The notes beneath the pieces were generated by a model, which was not told the DNA's origin, did not search any database, and saw nothing but the letters and a program-made list of their open reading frames with translations. Source: an uncultured virus (IMG/VR IMGVR_UViG_3300037067_008462) (Duplodnaviria; Heunggongvirae; Uroviricota; Caudoviricetes). From it: 20,000 nt of DNA. The translations under genes were made by a program, and so were the position numbers. The stretch is taken from the IMG/VR virus record IMGVR_UViG_3300037067_008462. One strand, 5' to 3'. Below are positions 1 to 7,408 of the stretch, piece after piece. The first letter of the stretch is position 1; every line of letters begins with the position of its first letter.

Positions 1-657
1 ATTGTATGTATAGATAGAGCATTAGAAAAGTTTTTTGAAATCATATATGCAAACAGAGGAGTAGAGGTTCGTCAGGGATCTCCCCGCGACAAATTCTCCC
101 ATCCCTCTATCTATATTGAAGTTCCAACAGTACAAGTAAGATCATTCTTGGGTCAAAGATTAGGACATTCTTCCTCTTCAGACAAATTAACCATCACTGA
201 CGTTGTAGATGCTGACGGCAACAAAATTGCCAATCTAACAGACATTGCAAACCATGATGCCGTTGTGGACTACCGTGGTAATCTCGCCATAGCCAATGCA
301 AGAATCACAGTTTATACAGATAACTTTGATGTAACACAAGAATTATTAAATGAAGTTTATTCTTTAATTATCCACAATGTACCTTACTATATTCATCGTA
401 TCAGCCAATATAACGATACGGTTCCGGAATCAAAAGATCCTAAAATAGCCGGTCTTGAGATCACAGGTATTTATGAAAAATTTCATGATGAACTATGTGG
501 AGCCAAGCATATTTGGGCCGTAACTGTAGGGGCAGCTATTCCTTATTTTATTAGAGTTTCAAAATATTATACTTATATTACTGGTATCCATGAAACCGCA
601 TATATAGTCGATCCAATAACCGACGAAAAGACTCTTATTCACGAACATGATATTTAA
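1..657 (+). CDS. Putative tail completion / tail terminator or neck protein (5'-truncated)
   Basis: Frame 1 is open from base 1 (IVCIDRALEKFFEIIYANRGVEVRQGSPRDKFSHPSIYIEVP...) into the tracked 148..657 ORF, so the TTG at 148 is probably not the start. It lies directly upstream of the sheath gene, and the PSIYIE and ARITVYT motifs fit tail-completion proteins. Confidence 0.55.
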   Translation: MVCIDRALEKFFEIIYANRGVEVRQGSPRDKFSHPSIYIEVPTVQVRSFLGQRLGHSSSSDKLTITDVVDADGNKIANLTDIANHDAVVDYRGNLAIANARITVYTDNFDVTQELLNEVYSLIIHNVPYYIHRISQYNDTVPESKDPKIAGLEITGIYEKFHDELCGAKHIWAVTVGAAIPYFIRVSKYYTYITGIHETAYIVDPITDEKTLIHEHDI

Positions 658-699
658 TTTTTAAACTTCAGACCAAAAAACTCCATAATTGGATATAGT

Positions 700-742
700 A
701 AATATGATTGGTTTATGGTATTTCATAAACCAAATAATATTT
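700..742. promoter_or_regulatory. Intergenic inverted repeat / stem-loop upstream of the sheath RBS
   Basis: TTGGTTTATG (708-717) is the exact reverse complement of CATAAACCAA (724-733), with a 6-nt loop. Outer arms AAATAT (700-705) and ATATTT (737-742) extend it. The SD GAGGA follows at 744-748. Confidence 0.6.
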
Positions 743-754
743 CGAGGACAAAAA

Positions 755-2902
755 ATGAGCGATCAGACAAATAGAGTTGTGCCTACAGTCTGGACACAAA
801 TTATTAATAAGATCAGCTATAACATTACTCCTCTCAGCGATACAATCGGAATTGTTGGGCCTGCAAACGGTGGAGCTTTAAATGAAGTTCTTACCTTTAC
901 AAATCCCACCAATGCCCTCTTAGCGTTAGGTTCTTGTCGTATGACAAACCAAATGTTCGCTGCATGGGGCGGTGGTGCAGGCACAATTAAGGTCGTTCGT
1001 ATCGGTGGAACAGAGAATTTTGATTCAGTACTTTATTATGATCATGAAACCTCTCCTGACGTACCGGTTACTTATGATATGACCACCTATATGTCTCAGA
1101 GAAATGCAACAAGTGATATTGATGCTTTTTATGATACGGTGGTTGCTGAGTTTACACCAGGAACGAGTGATCTTTTTGGTGAAATCGATACTGTTGATGG
1201 GGACGTTATCTTTGTTCGTTCCGATGATCTTTTTGATACTTTAGATATTCGTTTCGGAACTGCTCCTCCTGCGGGAGCTAAGATAGAGGTTGCTTACTAT
1301 AACGGTGATGTACTTAATACTTTCAATGGACACACAGCTTATGCTTTGTTAAAACCATTTGTAGCTAATGATGTTGAAATTTTAGGCGGTGAAGTTACGG
1401 TAGGTGGCCTAACTACCATTCACCTAGAATGGGATCTAACGAATGTATCAGATTGGGAGCAAACCTCTATTACCGATAGTACCGGATTAGATCATTCTGG
1501 TTATATTGTAGCTATTCGTTGTAGCGAAGCTGGTTCTGTACCCGCTTATTGGGATATCACTAGAATTGCAAGAAGAATAGGTGCTGAAGCACCATTCGTT
1601 GCTTTCTATCCCGGTACCTTTGATCCTACCACCGGTTATCTTAATGGTGTAACAAATCTACTTCCTCAATGCTTTATGTTAGAAGGATTAACTGCCGGTG
1701 AAGACACCATTACGGTACAAACCAGATTGGTTGGACCTAAAGTTTATCTAACTATCGAGAAAACTGATTCACTCGGTGTTGTGACTACAGAAATTTATAT
1801 TCTTAGTCCAGCAATTGTGTCGAGTCCGTCAGATCATTATGTTTACGATACTGAAGATCTTGTTACTGAAATTAATGCAACTTCTACCATAGTAACAGCA
1901 ATCGATCTGAGCGGTACATATCAAATGTTTGGGTGGGCTACTCCCACTACAGCAATCACGTCCACTTTTGCAGGTGGAAGTAACAATCTGACCGGGCTAA
2001 CATTAAAGGATTATGCACGTGGTCTTGGTTATCTGGCTCGTGAATCTGATGTTTATTGGCTTCTACCGTGTATTCCTGAAGAAGCAATTACAACTTCTAG
2101 TGTTATAGATAATAGTAAATTCCTTGCTATTTTACAATTATTCTATACGCATGTAAACAATCTCAGTACTGGTCTAAACCAGAAACCTCGCGTCTTGATG
2201 TCTTGGTTGTCTCCTGGATATCAAAATGTTGGAACAATCTCAAATTCAAACCTCAATGTTAAAACCGGATCTGCGCGTAGATTGGGTGCTTCAAGTAGGG
2301 TTCTGTACGTTGTTCAAAAACTTGGCTTTGCTGAACTTGAAGGAAGTGGCTCGTTAGCGTATCGTAGAGATTATCTAGCAGCTTACACTGTTGGCAGACT
2401 GGCAGGCTTAAATCCGGCTGTTCCGGCAACTCACAAAACTCTTGAGATTGGAGCCGTCGATATGGCATACGATCTCGATGAGATGGACGTATTAATTCGT
2501 AATGGTGTTTTCGCTTATACCGATGTCAATGGTATTGGCGTTTGTGTTGGAAAATCGATTACAACCATTTTAAACAATATACTTGCTGCGGTTTCAGCTA
2601 GAAGAATTGCAGACAAGATTGCAGTAGATACAACCGCTCTACTTGAGGGTCGTTATATCGGAAAAGCTCTTGAGACAGGTGTTACAAGCGATATTAAGCG
2701 AGACATTGCGGCATTCCTTGATTCTAAAATCGCGCCAGCGGAAATCGGTGGACTCATCAATGGATATGCTAACGTAATTGCATATCCCGATTCGGTTAAT
2801 AAAAACAAAGTTCATCTGAGTTACGATTTGGCAATTAAGACTGACTTAGACTTTATCGACCAAAATATTTATCTAACAAACAATCTAACGGTGAACCTCT
2901 AA
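755..2902 (+). CDS. Contractile tail sheath protein (about 715 aa)
   Basis: N-terminal IGIVGPANGGALNEV...AAWGGGAGTIKVVRIG, central FAGGSN, and C-terminal YLAAYTVGRLAGL..ATHKTL..DEMDVLIRNGV..KSITT..SARRIADKI..LEGRYIGK are typical sheath motifs. Start reassigned to ATG 755 (SD GAGGA at 744-748) instead of TTG 689. Confidence 0.93.
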   Translation: MSDQTNRVVPTVWTQIINKISYNITPLSDTIGIVGPANGGALNEVLTFTNPTNALLALGSCRMTNQMFAAWGGGAGTIKVVRIGGTENFDSVLYYDHETSPDVPVTYDMTTYMSQRNATSDIDAFYDTVVAEFTPGTSDLFGEIDTVDGDVIFVRSDDLFDTLDIRFGTAPPAGAKIEVAYYNGDVLNTFNGHTAYALLKPFVANDVEILGGEVTVGGLTTIHLEWDLTNVSDWEQTSITDSTGLDHSGYIVAIRCSEAGSVPAYWDITRIARRIGAEAPFVAFYPGTFDPTTGYLNGVTNLLPQCFMLEGLTAGEDTITVQTRLVGPKVYLTIEKTDSLGVVTTEIYILSPAIVSSPSDHYVYDTEDLVTEINATSTIVTAIDLSGTYQMFGWATPTTAITSTFAGGSNNLTGLTLKDYARGLGYLARESDVYWLLPCIPEEAITTSSVIDNSKFLAILQLFYTHVNNLSTGLNQKPRVLMSWLSPGYQNVGTISNSNLNVKTGSARRLGASSRVLYVVQKLGFAELEGSGSLAYRRDYLAAYTVGRLAGLNPAVPATHKTLEIGAVDMAYDLDEMDVLIRNGVFAYTDVNGIGVCVGKSITTILNNILAAVSARRIADKIAVDTTALLEGRYIGKALETGVTSDIKRDIAAFLDSKIAPAEIGGLINGYANVIAYPDSVNKNKVHLSYDLAIKTDLDFIDQNIYLTNNLTVNL

Positions 2903-2914
2903 GGAGTCTAGAAC

Positions 2915-3346
2915 ATGGCTGATATCGGATTTCCTGTTTCTGGTAGTTTAGTCGAGATTATATATGAAGGAACCCCTATCGCTTACGGTCAGGGGTTAAA
3001 GCTTGATATGAAAGTGGATTATAAGCCTGTACGCCAGTTAGGACGCATATATCCTGTAACATTTGTTATTAACTTTGTTACGGTTAGCGGCGGTTTCTCT
3101 ATCGCTGACACAGCAGCCGCAAATTGGTTGCAAGTTATAACAGATCAAATCGATTCCTCAAGCACGTCTTCTGATCCTAGTCAATGGGGTTCTTTCTGTC
3201 TGAGGGCTATCGCCGGTAATAATGACGCTCCTACCTATACTGTTACAAATGTAAGGTTTGTTGATTTGTCTCCGACTGTAGATATTAGTGGAAACTTACT
3301 AGAAACCACTATTACTTTTGTAGGATTGAGACTTAAATCTGAATAA
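2915..3346 (+). CDS. Tail tube protein
   Basis: 143 aa directly after the sheath, with SD AAGGAG. The pattern SGSLVEIIYEGTPIAYGQG...VRQLGRIYP and C-terminal ETTITFVG resembles SPO1/Twort-type tube proteins. Confidence 0.88.
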   Translation: MADIGFPVSGSLVEIIYEGTPIAYGQGLKLDMKVDYKPVRQLGRIYPVTFVINFVTVSGGFSIADTAAANWLQVITDQIDSSSTSSDPSQWGSFCLRAIAGNNDAPTYTVTNVRFVDLSPTVDISGNLLETTITFVGLRLKSE

Positions 3347-3363
3347 AAAATTGGAGAAATAGA

Positions 3364-3756
3364 GTGCCGAATACGGTAACTTATGAGGATGATTCAGGCA
3401 CACACGAATTCATCATTAAAGATGAACCACTAACTGTTGGAGAATATATTCAGATAGGGGTTTATCGAGATCAACTAATCGAATATTACGGGGGGAATCC
3501 CCTGAAAAGTTCGAGAGAAACGCTAGAAGTAGCGGCTCAAGCAGCGAAAGCGTATATTGTCACGTTGAAGGGGCTGTTACCCGAATACAAAGGATCAGCC
3601 CCTGCCTTTTTATTTTCGCAAAAACTTCTCACTAAACCAACTATGGAATTATTAATTAAAACTCCACCTAAACTTATCTCATTTATTCTTAAATCTTACG
3701 ATCAATTAGCGGAACCTCCAATCGCTAATAACATGGATGATGCTAAAAAAAAATAG
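3364..3756 (+). CDS. Tail assembly chaperone (G-type product)
   Basis: 130 aa after the tube, GTG start with GGAG SD. It ends in GCT AAA AAA AAA TAG, a slippery run at the stop codon. Confidence 0.8.
   Translation: MPNTVTYEDDSGTHEFIIKDEPLTVGEYIQIGVYRDQLIEYYGGNPLKSSRETLEVAAQAAKAYIVTLKGLLPEYKGSAPAFLFSQKLLTKPTMELLIKTPPKLISFILKSYDQLAEPPIANNMDDAKKK
3745..3753 (+). other. Programmed -1 ribosomal frameshift site (A9 run; heptamer A AAA AAA at 3747-3753)
   Basis: The -1 frame has TAA at 3744-3746 and is then open (AAA AAA ATA GCA AAT TCT CCA TTG...) to TAA at 3966-3968. This is the classic lambda G/GT arrangement before the tape measure. Confidence 0.82.
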
Positions 3757-3968
3757 CAAATTCTCCATTGTTATATAGATTATTAGATATAGCATTTGTT
3801 AAAAATATTCTTCCTTTTGATTGTTCTAACATATATTCCATGCGTTACGATCATTTTCTTCTTTATCTAGCGCATCACAATTTCAGCGTCAAACAGCAAG
3901 AAGAAAGAATTAGTAGGGCAAGAAAAATTAGAGAAAATTCACCAATGAAAATGGCTGGATGGAGATAA
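3747..3968 (+). CDS. Tail assembly chaperone frameshift extension (T segment; fused product about 201 aa)
   Basis: The tracked 3768..3968 ORF starts at a TTG with no SD, and its frame opens exactly inside the A9 run. Size and position match T segments. Confidence 0.75.
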   Translation, partial: KKIANSPLLYRLLDIAFVKNILPFDCSNIYSMRYDHFLLYLAHHNFSVKQQEERISRARKIRENSPMKMAGWR

Positions 3969-3977
3969 GATAAATAT

Positions 3978-5618
3978 ATGGCTCAAGGAAATATCGGTAC
4001 TACTGTCGATATTAATATATTTAGTGATTTAGGTAGAGTTTTTTCGCAAATAGAACTCTCCCAATCCGAAGCTTTGTCTCGTTCAGAAGAAGCTTTAGAA
4101 AAAGTTTCTGTTACACAACCTCAGATCGAAGAACATATTCCGGAGGTTGCACAACCCACACATTCAATTGGAGACCTTTTATCTGAAAGTATTTCATCTA
4201 GAGAACAAAAAGAATTAACTATATCTAATTGGTTGCGGGATACACTTCGAAGCTCTATCTCTTTACCATCCCCCCCTGTTTCAAATATACAAGAACTAGA
4301 ATTAAAAGACCTTCTTCCTAATATCACAAGATCAGATTTTCCTCTAATAGACATGATGTTAAATAGAGGAGATTATGGAGTAGAAAGTAAGCAGTACGGA
4401 TTATGGGAAGAAAACATAAGAGAAAGACTTGATTACAACGTAGAAAGATATACTGTAGAACAAAAAGCATTCGAAGTTCCAGAATTTGAAAAAGCAGAAG
4501 AGAGAGAGCCTTTTGTAATTCCGGAAGTAGCGACAGCTAAAGAATTAGTCATGGAATTGTTTCATGACATTGCTTCGAAAGGTTTTACACATCAATGGAA
4601 TTTTCCAGCCGAATCATATAAATTCGATTATGAAGAATATGTCCTGACTCCCGAAAAACAGAGAACATTCGAAGTTCCTATATTTGAAAACGGCGTAATA
4701 GAGTATTCTCTTCCACAAGAAGATGAACTCAAGGCTATGTCTTTTGAGACTCCTGTTTTTGAAACAAAAAGTAATGATTATTCTTTATATGAAATTTCAG
4801 ACGAGAAAAGTAGAGCAATTGAAATTGATTTGCCAAATTACGAAAGTCAAACTTCTATTACACTACCGGAAATTGAAACTTTAACTCAAAAAACATTTGA
4901 TCTTTCAAATGTCATCGAAGAGGTTCAAAGAGCAGAAACTGTTTTGCCTCAAATTACGGAAGAGAACGCCAGAGAATATCAACCTATAGAGTATGGTACG
5001 TCTGAAGTTAATGTTGTGCTACCCGAATTAACAACTGAGAATGCTAAATCATATTCTCTAGCTGAATTCCAAGAACAGCCAGTATTGATGGATCTGACGC
5101 CACTTCAACCCTCCTCTTATACATTTAATTTAGAAACCCCAGAATTTCCGGTTTCAGAGATGTCTCTTTCCATTCCTGATCTTGCACCATTTAATCCAAC
5201 TCAAATATCTCTTGAACCTCTATCTCTTTCTTCGAATCCACTTCAATTACAAGAAATAGGTTTTGAATATCCTAGAGCAGAGATCCCTAATGTAGACTTA
5301 CCGCAAACAGAAAGATTAGATCTTGCTATGCCAGAACTGGCCGCACTAGAGAGAATGGAAGTTGCTATCCCAGAATTAGCACAAGAAAAAAGAGGAGAAA
5401 TAGAAGTAAACACAGAAGAAATGTTCCAGGGTTATCGACCTCCAAGATCATTCGAGTTTCAAACGGATGATTTTAGAAGTTATTCTTCATTTGACTCTGA
5501 AATAGAAGCAATATTCAACGTTCAGGCAGCACAACAAGCTTCTCGTCCACATGAATTACCGTCACAGGCTAACAATCAAATCCAAAATACCATAGGTTAT
5601 GGGAGAAGAACTCCGTGA
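3978..5618 (+). CDS. Protein in the tape-measure position; acidic, Glu/Pro-rich repeat protein (atypical tape measure candidate)
   Basis: It lies between the chaperone G/GT pair and the hub. 546 aa with repeated LPE/FEVP/IPE units. The function is assigned from position only. Confidence 0.55.
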   Translation: MAQGNIGTTVDINIFSDLGRVFSQIELSQSEALSRSEEALEKVSVTQPQIEEHIPEVAQPTHSIGDLLSESISSREQKELTISNWLRDTLRSSISLPSPPVSNIQELELKDLLPNITRSDFPLIDMMLNRGDYGVESKQYGLWEENIRERLDYNVERYTVEQKAFEVPEFEKAEEREPFVIPEVATAKELVMELFHDIASKGFTHQWNFPAESYKFDYEEYVLTPEKQRTFEVPIFENGVIEYSLPQEDELKAMSFETPVFETKSNDYSLYEISDEKSRAIEIDLPNYESQTSITLPEIETLTQKTFDLSNVIEEVQRAETVLPQITEENAREYQPIEYGTSEVNVVLPELTTENAKSYSLAEFQEQPVLMDLTPLQPSSYTFNLETPEFPVSEMSLSIPDLAPFNPTQISLEPLSLSSNPLQLQEIGFEYPRAEIPNVDLPQTERLDLAMPELAALERMEVAIPELAQEKRGEIEVNTEEMFQGYRPPRSFEFQTDDFRSYSSFDSEIEAIFNVQAAQQASRPHELPSQANNQIQNTIGYGRRTP

Positions 5619-7408
5619 GTCCTGTTTCTCGATCATCTGCCACAATATCTTCTAATATTCAACCATCCAGTACGATTGTAATCATGAACAATATTATTGT
5701 AGATAATGTGGTTGAAGTTGAAGTTAAGAAAAATATGATGAACATTAACCCTCGCGGTATTATTGATACACATCTCGACGGCAAAGAATTTATGCCAGGA
5801 ACTGCAATTGTTAGAACAACAAGTAATATTGAAGATTTTTTTAGATTAAATACACCATTTATTATAGCTAATAAAGTCACAGATTCCAATCAAATTGCCG
5901 CTTCACTTGCTGCTCTATCTTATATGCCTTTAACTAAATATAATGAAAAAGTAGCCGGTGTAAAATTAATGGCTACTGTAGGTGCCGGATTTCTTCCTAT
6001 CTTTATTGGTGTTTGTGCTGGATTACAAACAGTCTTCGTGAATAGCGCGGATTATGTTGGCTATGAATACATTATTGGAGCCTTCGATCTTAGTCTTTTC
6101 CTTATGCAACCATATAACAATCAACCAGTAAATTTTGTCGCTAAAAAGATTATAGATCCAAGTAGTTTCCCAGATCCTCCCAAGTATTCAGTACCTAAAG
6201 AATATATGGATCATACTTCCTCTAATGGAATGGTAGATATACCGATGGTGGGAAGACAACCTTTTGTGTGTACTGCCATTGCGGAATTTCTCGATAAATG
6301 CCCTCAATACAGAAGTTATGTAAAAAACACTACAAGTCCATTAAAGATGGTCACCGATACTCTTACCCCTCTTGTTTCTGGTACAGAACCAATGGATATT
6401 CCTAAGATAATCGGATTAAAGCAATCAGCTTTATTAAAAGTACCTATTGAGAAATTTGAAGCCCAGACTGAAGCTGTACCTGTAACTTTCCTGGAAAGCG
6501 TAACAAGATTTGGTGTTTCGGGAAGATTTGCACCCAGTACTCCTGTGCCAGAAAATCTGAATTGGCATTATCTTTTAGGGGTGATTACTCCCGGTCCATT
6601 TTATGAAACGTTCATAAGAGAAGATACAGGAGAATTCGTTTTTAGAAGAGCCGGATGGATAAACAACAAGGGTGGTTTTCCGAGACAGAAATTTCAGAAT
6701 CCTCCTGTCCCTATTATAATTCCTAGACACAGCGTAATGACCCATCAAAAACTTTGGGGTGGAAAAATGGGTGAAAACGCACTAATCAGTGCGTTTGGAG
6801 AATTTAGTGTTAACCTGCATCAATATGTCGCCACAGGAAGAATTGGGCCGCAGAATATAGATAAATTTGGAACAAGTAGTTTAACATCTAGACCTTTTGA
6901 TAACGTAGACTCATTCAGCAATGATGGCAACATAAACATGGGTACACGTAATAATCCTCTAACTTTTACAGATGTTTTTTGTGCCTCAGATTATTTCAAA
7001 CTTAGTGATGAGCTTAAAACTTTCAGTTGGGGAGCCAAAACAGGCTTGCTTCCAGGACCACCAAGATTAAGGAAACGATATACAGATAATCTTCCTAAAA
7101 TGTTATCTTGGATAGCTAAATATCAGCATACGTATCCTTTTGTTATGTTTTTAGGATTTAATAATTACTTTATGGCCCCTCTGGGCGCTCCATTATCTCT
7201 TCCCTTGGCGGCATCTCCCGCTTCTCTGGCGGGGTTAACCAGTATTGCATCTGCCGCAAATAATCCTTTTGTTTCTTTAGAAGCAGCTAGTTCATATAGA
7301 ATAATAGGAAAAATTTATAAAAAATCTATGAGAAAGGATGGATCGTTTTCCGAAGAGTATTATCTATTGTTAGGTAATACTGTTCCGGGATTCGTAATGA
7401 ATAAATAA
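5615..7408 (+). CDS. Baseplate hub protein (T4 gp27 / Mu gp44-like)
   Basis: GTGA overlap with the upstream stop and a GGGAG SD. IIVDNVVEVEVKKNM, IFIGVC..YEYIIGAFDLS and PGPFYETFIREDTGEFVFRR follow hub-protein patterns, and the position is after the tape measure. Confidence 0.65.
   Translation: MSPVSRSSATISSNIQPSSTIVIMNNIIVDNVVEVEVKKNMMNINPRGIIDTHLDGKEFMPGTAIVRTTSNIEDFFRLNTPFIIANKVTDSNQIAASLAALSYMPLTKYNEKVAGVKLMATVGAGFLPIFIGVCAGLQTVFVNSADYVGYEYIIGAFDLSLFLMQPYNNQPVNFVAKKIIDPSSFPDPPKYSVPKEYMDHTSSNGMVDIPMVGRQPFVCTAIAEFLDKCPQYRSYVKNTTSPLKMVTDTLTPLVSGTEPMDIPKIIGLKQSALLKVPIEKFEAQTEAVPVTFLESVTRFGVSGRFAPSTPVPENLNWHYLLGVITPGPFYETFIREDTGEFVFRRAGWINNKGGFPRQKFQNPPVPIIIPRHSVMTHQKLWGGKMGENALISAFGEFSVNLHQYVATGRIGPQNIDKFGTSSLTSRPFDNVDSFSNDGNINMGTRNNPLTFTDVFCASDYFKLSDELKTFSWGAKTGLLPGPPRLRKRYTDNLPKMLSWIAKYQHTYPFVMFLGFNNYFMAPLGAPLSLPLAASPASLAGLTSIASAANNPFVSLEAASSYRIIGKIYKKSMRKDGSFSEEYYLLLGNTVPGFVMNK

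Noticed and set aside
689..754. TTG start extending the sheath by 22 residues
   Set aside because: It has no SD and runs through the inverted repeat, whereas ATG 755 has a well-spaced GAGGA.
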